A stretch of DNA of 64,000 nt from OCS155 cluster bacterium AG-426-D23. GTDB taxonomy: Bacteria; Actinomycetota; Acidimicrobiia; Actinomarinales; Actinomarinaceae. The stretch is taken from contig QCNO01000001.1 in assembly GCA_003213165.1 (NCBI GenBank), forward strand, positions 133,403 through 197,402, read 5' to 3'. The notes under the pieces are model-generated. The model had not been told where the DNA came from, did no database searches, and saw only the letters and a list, made by a program, of their open reading frames with translations. Both the position numbers and the translations under genes were made by a program. This document shows positions 27,972 to 36,649 of the stretch, one piece after another; the first letter of the stretch is position 1, and every line of letters begins with the position of its first letter.

Positions 27972-28990
27972 AATATCTCCTTAAGTAGATTCTTATTAGA
28001 CGCTTTTTTTGCAAAACTTAATGTGCTTTTACCAAATGCCTCTACATCTTTCTTATCAACATTACCATAATAACCAAGAGAATACCTTACGTAGACTCCT
28101 TCCATTATCATTGCATGTTTCCAAAAAGATAGTCTCACATAGAATTCAACATTTTTTAAATCGAGGTCTGATTTAGAGTCATATAGATTAATTATTTCTT
28201 GCCTACTTGGGAATCCATCACTTAAGGAGGGTGAATATATAAAAGGAGTATCAGTTTCATTCTTATTTGACCAAGAAGCAATCACAGTTCCTAGATCAGC
28301 TAATGGATCACCTAATGTACAGAGTTCCCAATCAACAATCGCTGCAACTAAGTTATTATTTACCCTTACATTATCTAATCTATAATCTCCATGAACAATA
28401 CTTACTTTTTGTTGCGTGGGGATTGTATCGAATAATAATTTTGTAGCAATATCTAAATCGGTAATATCTCTTACTTTCTGTGAATTAAATTGTTTTGTCC
28501 ATCTGTTTAACTGCCTTAAGACATAGTCTTCATGTTTTCCTAAATCATTTAATTTTGAATTTTTTACATCGAAAGTATGCAATTCAGAAAGTGTTGTAAT
28601 AAATGAATTCGTAATTTCTTTTTTATCATTTTTCGAATAATTTTCAGCTACTACATTATCTGCAATAGTTTCCCCTTCAATATATTCCATAATGTAAAAA
28701 TCATCATCAGAGACTGTTCTATCGGTACATAAAAAAATTGGTTTTGGAACTTTTAAATTATTTTCACTAAGTTCACTAATAATTCTGTATTCACGTTGCA
28801 TGTTATGTGCAGACTCTAATTTATCTCCAAATGGAGGTCTTCTTAGAACATAACTATTCCTATTATCAAAAATTTTAAAAGTAATGTTTGATCTACCAAC
28901 TTTAAATTTTTCAAATTTAAATTGGTTATCCAAATCAAGATTGGAAGCTATGTAGTTTCTTATTTTTTCATTAAAAAATTCCATTAACAA
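27968..28990 (-). CDS. phosphotransferase (APH/choline-kinase-like) family protein associated with acyl-CoA dehydrogenases
   Basis: Brenner motif HGDYRLDN and DWELCTLGDPLADLG. It overlaps the downstream MaoC gene by 4 nt and is divergent from an acyl-CoA dehydrogenase. Confidence 0.7.
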   Translation of the reverse strand: MLMEFFNEKIRNYIASNLDLDNQFKFEKFKVGRSNITFKIFDNRNSYVLRRPPFGDKLESAHNMQREYRIISELSENNLKVPKPIFLCTDRTVSDDDFYIMEYIEGETIADNVVAENYSKNDKKEITNSFITTLSELHTFDVKNSKLNDLGKHEDYVLRQLNRWTKQFNSQKVRDITDLDIATKLLFDTIPTQQKVSIVHGDYRLDNVRVNNNLVAAIVDWELCTLGDPLADLGTVIASWSNKNETDTPFIYSPSLSDGFPSRQEIINLYDSKSDLDLKNVEFYVRLSFWKHAMIMEGVYVRYSLGYYGNVDKKDVEAFGKSTLSFAKKASNKNLLKEIF

Positions 28991-29042
28991 ATATCTTATG
29001 ATTTAATTCTCTTGGTCTCAAGTTAATTGATAGAATAAAGCA

Positions 29043-30248
29043 ATGGATTTTAAATTTTCTCAAAAGTCATTAGAACTTCAAGAAAAAATGAATAAATTTT
29101 TTGAAGAACATATTTTTCCTAACGAAGAAGCTTACGAAAAAGCAATATTAGATTCAGGAGATCCTTTGCACATTCCTGCATTACTTGATGAGTTAAAAGA
29201 TAAAGCAAGAAAAGAAGATTTATGGAACTTATTTTTACCCGACAGTGAATACGGTGCAGGACTAACAAATGTTGACTATGCACCTTTAGCAGAAATAACT
29301 GGTCAGGTCTGGTGGGCTCCTGAGGTATTTAACTGTTCTGCACCTGATACTGGAAATATGGAAATACTTGCAGAATTTGGAACTCAAGAACAAAAAGACA
29401 AATGGTTAAGTCCGTTACTTAATGGAGATATTCGTTCTTGTTTCGCTATGACCGAACCGGATGTTGCCTCATCTGATGCAACGAATATTTCAAGTTCAAT
29501 AGTTTCAGATGGAGATAATTATATTATCAATGGAAGAAAATGGTGGACTTCAAATGCAATCAATCCACGCGCCAAGATATGTATTTTTATGGGAATAACA
29601 AATCCAGATAATCCTCCACACACAAGACAAAGTCAAGTGCTTGTCCCTATGGATACAGAAGGGATAACTATAGTTAGACCGATGCATGTTTATGGCTATG
29701 ATGATGGGTACACTGGACATCCAGAATTAAATTTTGAAAATGTTGTTGTACCAAAATCAAATATTATCGGTGGGGAAGGTATGGGCTTTCAAATTGCCCA
29801 AGCTAGATTAGGTCCAGGAAGAATCCATCACTGCATGAGAACAATAGGAATGGCAGAGAGAGCACTTGAATTAATGATAAAAAGAGCTTTGTCTAGAGAA
29901 ACATTCGGTACAAAAATATCCGATCATGGTGTTGTGCAGGATTGGATAGCTAGGTCAAGAATTAAAATTGAAGAGGCTAGACTGCTTACTTTAAAAACGG
30001 CATGGTTGATTGACAATGTGGGTAAAGAGCAAGCCAAAATTGAAATATCTGCAATAAAAGTTGGAGTTATCGAAGCTGCTTCATATGTAATTGATAAAGC
30101 CATTCAAGCACATGGAGCTATGGGAGTTTCGCAAGATACCCCCTTAGCAAAAATGTCAGCTGGTGTTAGAACGTTAAGGATTGCTGACGGACCAGACGAA
30201 GTACATTTAAGATCTATTGCAAGACGTGAAATAAACAAACACTTGTGA
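29043..30248 (+). CDS. acyl-CoA dehydrogenase
   Basis: 401 aa ACAD: CFAMTEP..SD, WWTSNA and a C-terminal catalytic region. Confidence 0.85.
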   Translation: MDFKFSQKSLELQEKMNKFFEEHIFPNEEAYEKAILDSGDPLHIPALLDELKDKARKEDLWNLFLPDSEYGAGLTNVDYAPLAEITGQVWWAPEVFNCSAPDTGNMEILAEFGTQEQKDKWLSPLLNGDIRSCFAMTEPDVASSDATNISSSIVSDGDNYIINGRKWWTSNAINPRAKICIFMGITNPDNPPHTRQSQVLVPMDTEGITIVRPMHVYGYDDGYTGHPELNFENVVVPKSNIIGGEGMGFQIAQARLGPGRIHHCMRTIGMAERALELMIKRALSRETFGTKISDHGVVQDWIARSRIKIEEARLLTLKTAWLIDNVGKEQAKIEISAIKVGVIEAASYVIDKAIQAHGAMGVSQDTPLAKMSAGVRTLRIADGPDEVHLRSIARREINKHL

Positions 30249-31105
30249 ACGAAAAAATTGCAGTAATTGGTGGCGGCCAAATGGGAAGTCAAATAGCAGC
30301 TTTGGCTGCAATGGCTGGTTATAAAACAAGTATTTATGATGAAAATAAAGAAAATTTGGAATATAGATATAAATTTGTTGAAGAAAACATCAAAAATTTA
30401 ATAGACAAAAAAATATATTCTGAAGATAAATTAGATTACTACAAAGAAAATTTAGAACTCGATTATTCACTTGAAGATGTAATTGTAGGTAAATCATTTG
30501 TAATAGAAGCTGTAGTTGAAAAGTTTGATGTAAAGCTTGAAATTTTTAATAAAATTTCTAAATTGATGAATGATGAGGTTGTAATGGCAACTAATAGTTC
30601 TTTCATTCAAGCTTCTGAAATCTCAAAACATTGTGAACATCCTGAAAGGTTTATAAACATGCACTTTTTCTATCCACCAATACGAATGGATTTAATTGAG
30701 ATTTCATATCCAGCTAATGTATCAAAAGGAGTGTTAGAACGTACTAAAACTGTAAGTGAAAAAATGGGTAGATCAGTGGTAGTTCTCAAAAAGGAAACCC
30801 CAGGATTTATTGTAAACAGGATGTTGGCTGCCTTGGTAGATGAAGCTTATGAACTTTATGATGAGGGAATTGCTGATTTTAAAGATATAGATCTTGCTAT
30901 CAAAAAAGGATTAAATCATCCTCTGGGCCCATTTGAACTTTCAGATTATTCAGGATTAGATATACATTACTATGCTAAATTGAAAAAATTTGAAGAATCT
31001 GGTGACCCTAAAGATGAACCAAAAAAGTTTTTAGAAGAAAAAGTTATGAATGGTGATTTAGGAGTAAAAACCGGTAAAGGCTTTTATGAATACAAAAAAG
31101 ACTAA
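30245..31105 (+). CDS. hbd: 3-hydroxyacyl-CoA / 3-hydroxybutyryl-CoA dehydrogenase
   Basis: GTG start in a GTGA overlap with the upstream ACAD. It has IAVIGGGQMGSQIA (NAD Rossmann) and a C-terminal 3HCDH domain. Confidence 0.85.
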   Translation: MNEKIAVIGGGQMGSQIAALAAMAGYKTSIYDENKENLEYRYKFVEENIKNLIDKKIYSEDKLDYYKENLELDYSLEDVIVGKSFVIEAVVEKFDVKLEIFNKISKLMNDEVVMATNSSFIQASEISKHCEHPERFINMHFFYPPIRMDLIEISYPANVSKGVLERTKTVSEKMGRSVVVLKKETPGFIVNRMLAALVDEAYELYDEGIADFKDIDLAIKKGLNHPLGPFELSDYSGLDIHYYAKLKKFEESGDPKDEPKKFLEEKVMNGDLGVKTGKGFYEYKKD

Positions 31106-31106
31106 T

Positions 31107-31517
31107 TTATTCAAAATCTTCGTCTTTCAGATTAAACATCACTTCCTTGTTTGATTTTATAACAAGTACAATTCTTTCGCTTTGTATTGGGAACGGATAA
31201 GGTTTCTCCCAATATTTTTCAGATAATTTATCAATATTGTCTCTTGCTTCTTGACCGGTGATTTCAGCGATAACTTCACCTCTTATTTCAACAAATTTAA
31301 ACGGATTGTCGTGCTTCCAAATCGTAACCGTGACTCTTGGATCTTTTAAAATATTTTTGTATTTGAATCTATGTATCTCTGTATTGATTAAAATATTTTC
31401 GCCATCTGTATCAACCCACATAACATGTGTTTGAGGAACGCCATTTTTAAATAAAGTTGTTAACGTTGCATAATTTGGGCCAGATGCCATTTGAATTGTT
31501 TTATTGTCTAATCCCAT
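31107..31517 (-). CDS. pyridoxamine-5'-phosphate-oxidase-like (PPOX-class, possibly F420/FMN-binding) protein
   Basis: 136 aa split-barrel pattern: ATLTTLFKNGVPQTHVMWV..DGENILINT. Cofactor not determinable from sequence. Confidence 0.55.
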   Translation of the reverse strand: MGLDNKTIQMASGPNYATLTTLFKNGVPQTHVMWVDTDGENILINTEIHRFKYKNILKDPRVTVTIWKHDNPFKFVEIRGEVIAEITGQEARDNIDKLSEKYWEKPYPFPIQSERIVLVIKSNKEVMFNLKDEDFE

Positions 31518-31534
31518 CTGTTAAATTATAGTTT

Positions 31535-31999
31535 ATGAAAGTTGTTTTGCAGAGAGTTAAAAGTGCTTACGTAAAAGTTGATTCAAGTATTATTTCAGAA
31601 ATTAATCACGGCTATTTACTTTTATGGGGGATTGAAGAAGCTGATTCTGAAGTTGAAAGTGAAATTCTGATTAATAAAATATTAAATTTCAGAGTTTTTT
31701 CTGATGAAAATTTAAAAATGAATAAATCAATAGTAGACATTTCAGGAGAGATACTAATTGTTAGTCAGTTCACATTAGCTGGAAAACTTTTAAAAGGGAA
31801 CAGGCCTTCGTTTGTTAAAGCAAAATCTCCAGAAATTGCTGAAGAGATGATTTCAAAAATTGTTCAAGCATTTTCTAAACATGTAGCTGTAAAAACAGGA
31901 AGCTTCGGTGCCATGATGGACGTAGGTTTAATCAACGATGGTCCAGCAACATTTGTATTGACTGCTAGAAATGGGGAGTTAATTGATCAGGCAGATTGA
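31535..31999 (+). CDS. dtd: D-aminoacyl-tRNA deacylase
   Basis: MKVVLQRV, SQFTL and the NDGPATF motif. 154 aa. Confidence 0.9.
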   Translation: MKVVLQRVKSAYVKVDSSIISEINHGYLLLWGIEEADSEVESEILINKILNFRVFSDENLKMNKSIVDISGEILIVSQFTLAGKLLKGNRPSFVKAKSPEIAEEMISKIVQAFSKHVAVKTGSFGAMMDVGLINDGPATFVLTARNGELIDQAD

Positions 32000-32415
32000 A
32001 GTTTAGTTTTTTTTCCAATTTCTTTTTTATCAAGTTGTTTATCAAGATAATATTCTTCTCCAGCCCATAAATGTAATCCAAGCCCGAGTTTCATCGCACA
32101 CCTTTTGAAAGAATCTGACTCTGCATGCTTTGCATTACTACCATCATTTTTTTGATCGTGCTCTACGTCACCGATAGATGTTACAGTGACTAATTTGCCA
32201 TCAATTTCGACGGTCAACTTTCCAAAGCAACCTACTACTGCTCCTGTAGTTTCCTGTCTGATCAATTCAACAACTTCCCAATTAAATGGACCACAAACTT
32301 CTAATAGACGTTGTGTAATTACTGGATGTGGAACGTAATTTCCAAACTTGCCCTTAGGTGCTTTTTTTATCCAATCTTTTGGAAATTTTCTTGATAGTTC
32401 ATACAATTGTTTCAT
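31987..32415 (-). CDS. Rad52/Rad22-family single-strand annealing protein
   Basis: The start was chosen at MKQLYELS, which gives an ATGA overlap with the upstream gene. Block matches to eukaryotic Rad52 and phage Sak are: KFGNYVPHPVITQRLLEVCGPFNWE (compare [23 protein letters not shown]), VVGCFGKLTVEIDG..VTSIGDV, and the signature FKRCAMKLGLGLHLW (compare LKRALRSFGNALGNC). Confidence 0.7.
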   Translation of the reverse strand: MKQLYELSRKFPKDWIKKAPKGKFGNYVPHPVITQRLLEVCGPFNWEVVELIRQETTGAVVGCFGKLTVEIDGKLVTVTSIGDVEHDQKNDGSNAKHAESDSFKRCAMKLGLGLHLWAGEEYYLDKQLDKKEIGKKTKLQSA

Positions 32416-32933
32416 TTTCTTCTCTCCATTTCTTTCAAATCTTTCGCCCATACTGGAGCGGTATCATTACTTGTTTTAATAACTTGTAACTTAGGTTCCT
32501 CATCCCAAATTTTTTCTATAAAAGTATCTCTTGCTAGCTGTTTATCCATTCCTTTTTTTTCAGCAACTGCATCTAGGCCCCTTAATTTTGGTACAAAAGT
32601 ATTTCCACAAAGTGCTACTAAGTTTTCAATATCATCATCTGAAAGTTTCTTGTTGGTAGCCCAATCAATTAATTTTTTTAAATCTAGAGTTTTTGATTTG
32701 TAACTTTTGGAGTAATTAAAGACAGTATCAGATATTTTTATCGCTCCTTTTTCTTGAACATCGAGTGCAATTTTATTATCTACAAATTTATTGATTTTAT
32801 AAGTACTATCTTTTGCTTCTATAGAAACTCCTCTTGCTACAAACAATTCTTTAGGTTCTTCAATTGTTTGTAGTTCTGTGTTTTCTAAAGCTTCCTCTCC
32901 ACTTTTGGCAATATCCCAGATCAAATCTTTCAT
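32412..32933 (-). CDS. hypothetical protein, possibly Mu Gam-like DNA-end-binding protein
   Basis: 173 aa, close to Gam length. The C-terminal stretch RGLDAVAEKKG..FIEKIWDEEPK resembles RGMDAVMETLE..FIRTKQEI..LEPK of phage Mu Gam as I remember it. This is a tentative assignment that needs an HMM. It is translationally coupled to the Rad52-like gene. Confidence 0.35.
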   Translation of the reverse strand: MKDLIWDIAKSGEEALENTELQTIEEPKELFVARGVSIEAKDSTYKINKFVDNKIALDVQEKGAIKISDTVFNYSKSYKSKTLDLKKLIDWATNKKLSDDDIENLVALCGNTFVPKLRGLDAVAEKKGMDKQLARDTFIEKIWDEEPKLQVIKTSNDTAPVWAKDLKEMERRK

Positions 32934-33143
32934 CTATTCTCCTAATTTATGCTGCTTCATCATATATTCTATGACAATTGCATCTGTCATTGTGGTCTAT
33001 GCAAATAAAATTTGCTTTGATCCCGGACGTTTCAAGTAATTTAAGTATTTCTTTATCTTTCATATTTAATAATTTAGAAATTCAGTGAGACAAAAAAAAT
33101 AAAATAGCAACCTTTCTAGCCAAAACCTATATATGATGAGCTT

Positions 33144-34409
33144 GTGATAGTTGAAAATAATCTCTTTGACTCACATATGTATAAAGAAGTCATCAAACAA
33201 TATGACGAAGTCTCTAATTTCATAAATCTTGATTCCAATATAAGAGAAAGGCTTAAATTGCCCCAAAGGTCTTTAGTTGTCACTTTTCCTTTTAGAAGGG
33301 ATGAATATGACGAAGTAGAAACAGTTGTAGGATATCGAGTCCAGCATGTTTTGTCAATGGGACCTACTAAAGGTGGTATAAGATATGCTCCAGATGTAAA
33401 TCTAGGTGAAGTTACAGCTTTGGCTATATTGATGTCTTGGAAATCTGCAATTGTTGGATTACCTTATGGTGGAGCTAAGGGTGGAATAGCCATTGATCCT
33501 AATCCTTTAACAAGAGCTGAAAAGCAAAGAGTTACTAGAAGGTATACAGCAGAATTACTTCCGATTATAGGGGTTGATAAAGACATACCTGCTCCAGATC
33601 TCGGCACAGATGAGCAAACAATGGCATGGATTATGGATACGTATAGTAACTTTGTTGGCTCTCCTCAACCAGGAATAGTTACAGGAAAACCAGTTTCTCT
33701 GGGAGGTTCTATAACAAGAAGAGAATCAACAGGAAGAGGAGCTGTGGCTGTAGGGGAAGCTGCGATGAAAAAACTAGGTAAAAAATATGAGGATTCACGT
33801 GTTGTAATTCAAGGATTTGGCAATGTTGGAAGGTATGCTGCTTTAGATTCTTACGAACGGGGAGCTAAAGTAATTGCAGTTAACGATCTAGGTGGTGCAG
33901 TATTTAATAAAGATGGATTAAATATTCCGGAACTTTTTAAACATATTGCAAAAACCCCTTCTGTAAAAGGCTTTGAAGGTGGCGAAGACTATGAAGGTGA
34001 AATTCTAGAAATAGAATGTGATGTTCTAATACCTGCTGCTGTCGGAGGTGTAATTACTTCTAGTAACGCAGAAAAAATTAAAACAAATGTGCTTATTGAA
34101 GGTGCAAATTCGCCAACAACTTTAAATGCTGACAAGATTTTAAGAGAAAATGGAGTAATTATTATTCCAGATATATTAGCTAATGCAGGAGGAATTACTG
34201 CTAGTTATTTTGAATGGGTACAAAATACTCAAAATTATTTATGGAAAGAAACTGAATTACATGAAAAGCTTATCGATGTAATGCTTACTTCATTTGAGGA
34301 AGTTTGGACTATTTCTCAAAAACAAAACTGTGATTTGCGTACAGCTGCATTAATAAAAGGAATTAAAAGAGTAGCTGCTGCAAAATTAACTAGAGGACTG
34401 TTCCCTTAA
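33144..34409 (+). CDS. gdhA: glutamate dehydrogenase
   Basis: GTG start; the alternative is ATG at 33177. It has the GDH catalytic Lys region KGGIRY, GLPYGGAKGG and the NAD Rossmann motif GFGNVG. Confidence 0.85.
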   Translation: MIVENNLFDSHMYKEVIKQYDEVSNFINLDSNIRERLKLPQRSLVVTFPFRRDEYDEVETVVGYRVQHVLSMGPTKGGIRYAPDVNLGEVTALAILMSWKSAIVGLPYGGAKGGIAIDPNPLTRAEKQRVTRRYTAELLPIIGVDKDIPAPDLGTDEQTMAWIMDTYSNFVGSPQPGIVTGKPVSLGGSITRRESTGRGAVAVGEAAMKKLGKKYEDSRVVIQGFGNVGRYAALDSYERGAKVIAVNDLGGAVFNKDGLNIPELFKHIAKTPSVKGFEGGEDYEGEILEIECDVLIPAAVGGVITSSNAEKIKTNVLIEGANSPTTLNADKILRENGVIIIPDILANAGGITASYFEWVQNTQNYLWKETELHEKLIDVMLTSFEEVWTISQKQNCDLRTAALIKGIKRVAAAKLTRGLFP

Positions 34410-35369
34410 AAGCTTTTCGATTTCAGTTTGAATTTCATTTTTTTGATTTTCTAATTCAGAAATTTTTGATTCAATATCTGTTCTGTTAGTGTTTCCAATC
34501 GGACTATCTACTGGAATTTTATCATCATCTTTAAACATGTCTAAAACTTCAATTTCTTCCTCTAATTCAGCTATTGATTCGTTTATAATTCTGAGATTTT
34601 CGGTATTGGGAGCATTTTCATTGAATACTGGACAGATTGGTTTGTAGTAACACCAGTCACACAATGTATTTTTTATTGCAGGAAACTCATTTTCTTCATA
34701 TGCTTTTTTTATATTTTCCCAAATTTCTAAAATTTCATTTTTTGCATTTGATAAATCTTCTTCGGTTATTTTCAATGTGTGAATAGTTGAATTTTTCAGG
34801 TAAATTAACTTTAGCTCAACTGGCATCTCACCGAGTTCTTCTTTGATAAGCAGTGCATATAATTTTAAAGCAAAAAATCTAGGTTCTTTATATTTAGCCA
34901 TTGGAGCTTTTCCACTCTTGTAGTCCACGATAATTAAATCACCATTTTGATTTCTATCCATCCTGTCCAAGATACCCCTTAAGTTTAAGTCATTAATTGA
35001 GCCTCTAACCCAACGCTCGCGCTCTAAAGGTTCAAAACTTGTAGGGTCCTCTATCTCCATATAATTGTTAAGCAATTTAAGACCATCAACACCCCATTCT
35101 CTCTCTTCTTCTACATTCGAAAATAAATTATGATGTTCATCATTTCCTCTAACCTTTGTCCAAGCATCTCGAAATAAATTATGTAGTTTTTCAATACTTC
35201 TCTCTTCTTTTGGCAAATCAAACAAATCTTCTAGTGCTTGATGTACAGTAGTGCCTTTTGCTTGAACTTCATTTGTGGGTTCTTTTAATTTATCAACATT
35301 TGCGAATTTAAATTGTTTGGGACAGGTTTTAAATTGAGATGCTCTTGAAGGAGATAAATTTTTTATCAT
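34386..35369 (-). CDS. RecB-family PD-(D/E)xK nuclease with C-terminal Cys cluster (Cas4/AddB-nuclease-like)
   Basis: N-terminal SPSRASQFKTCPKQFKF, the IIVDYKSGK (D-x-K) motif and CDWCYYKPIC (C-x2-C-x5-C) pair with the upstream Cys to form a Cas4-like 4Fe-4S site. A C-terminal acidic coiled-coil tail of about 80 aa follows. Confidence 0.65.
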   Translation of the reverse strand: MIKNLSPSRASQFKTCPKQFKFANVDKLKEPTNEVQAKGTTVHQALEDLFDLPKEERSIEKLHNLFRDAWTKVRGNDEHHNLFSNVEEEREWGVDGLKLLNNYMEIEDPTSFEPLERERWVRGSINDLNLRGILDRMDRNQNGDLIIVDYKSGKAPMAKYKEPRFFALKLYALLIKEELGEMPVELKLIYLKNSTIHTLKITEEDLSNAKNEILEIWENIKKAYEENEFPAIKNTLCDWCYYKPICPVFNENAPNTENLRIINESIAELEEEIEVLDMFKDDDKIPVDSPIGNTNRTDIESKISELENQKNEIQTEIEKLLREQSSS

Positions 35370-35572
35370 ATGTAAATTATATATATATTATTCGGAATAT
35401 TTGTAAAATGTAATGGTGAACAGTTTTCTTAAAGTTTTACAAATCGTAGGTATTGCTACTTTTATCTTGTATTTTGTAATTGGTATTTTGTACAACTCTT
35501 TTAGCTGGTTTAATTTCCTTTTCAATTAAACATGTATTTTTCATAAATCTTATTGTTGCTAAAGTTATATGA

Positions 35573-36649
35573 ATGAGTAATGACAAAATCAAAGTAGCAA
35601 TTCTTGGAATTGGAAATTGTGCAAGTTCATTTGTACAAGGCATTGAACACTATAGCAATTCCGACAATGAAGATGGCTTAATATCAGATGTAATTGGCGG
35701 ATATAAAGTTTCTGACATTGAAGTTGTTGCTGCCTACGACATAAACTCATTAAAAGTAGGAAAAGATTTAAGTGAAGCAATTTTTGCTGAACCAAATAAT
35801 ACTATGAAATTTAGCGATGTTCCAAAAACAGGAGTGACTGTTCAACCAGGTGTCATAAATGATGGAGTTGGTAAATTCGTTAAAGATATTATCAACACTT
35901 CTCCTGATTCGGATAATTTTGAGGAATCTCTTAGGGAATCAGGGGCAGAAATATTGATTAACCTTCTACCAGTTGGATCTGATGAGGCAGTGAAATATTA
36001 TGCACAAGCTGCAATAAATTCTAATGTAGGCTTTATAAACTGTATACCAGTTTTTATTGCTCGCGATGAAGAATGGTATCAAAAATTTAAAGATGCTTCG
36101 GTTCCATTAATTGGTGATGATATTAAAAGCCAAGTTGGAGCAACTATTGTCCATAGAGCTCTTGCACAGTTATTTTCTGACCGTGGCGTCAAGCTTGAAA
36201 ACACCTATCAATTAAACGTTGGTGGAAATATGGATTTTCTTAATATGCTAGAAGAAGATAGATTAGAAACTAAAAGAACAAGTAAAACTTCATCTGTGAC
36301 TTCTGTTGCTAACAAAGGTACAGGCATTTCGGCTGATAATGTGAGAATAGGCCCATCGGATTACGTTAAGTGGTTAGAAGATAGAAAAAAAGCTTTTATT
36401 AGACTAGAAGGAAAAGCTTTTGGTGGCGCGCCATTAAATATAGAGGTTCAACTAGAAGTATGGGATTCTCCAAACAGCGCGGGTGTGACCATTGATGCAG
36501 TTAGATATATGAAATTTTTTAAAGAGCAAAATGATTTAGAATCACTCGATTTGGTTTCTGCTTGGTTAATGAAAGCACCATTTAAACCCGTTAAAGACGG
36601 TGATGTATTATTGAAGCTCCATGAGCTTACACATAAAGAGATTAATTAG
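35573..36649 (+). CDS. ino1: myo-inositol-1-phosphate synthase
   Basis: 358 aa short-type MIPS: KVAILGIGNCASSFVQG Rossmann fold, plus conserved NGSP-like and catalytic regions. Confidence 0.8.
   Translation: MSNDKIKVAILGIGNCASSFVQGIEHYSNSDNEDGLISDVIGGYKVSDIEVVAAYDINSLKVGKDLSEAIFAEPNNTMKFSDVPKTGVTVQPGVINDGVGKFVKDIINTSPDSDNFEESLRESGAEILINLLPVGSDEAVKYYAQAAINSNVGFINCIPVFIARDEEWYQKFKDASVPLIGDDIKSQVGATIVHRALAQLFSDRGVKLENTYQLNVGGNMDFLNMLEEDRLETKRTSKTSSVTSVANKGTGISADNVRIGPSDYVKWLEDRKKAFIRLEGKAFGGAPLNIEVQLEVWDSPNSAGVTIDAVRYMKFFKEQNDLESLDLVSAWLMKAPFKPVKDGDVLLKLHELTHKEIN

Noticed and set aside
31987-35369. Region around the Rad52-like gene considered as a prophage
   Set aside because: No integrase, repressor, terminase, capsid, tail or att-like repeats are present in the flanks. 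The neighbouring genes dtd, gdhA and ino1 are housekeeping. The pair is treated as an isolated module rather than a prophage.
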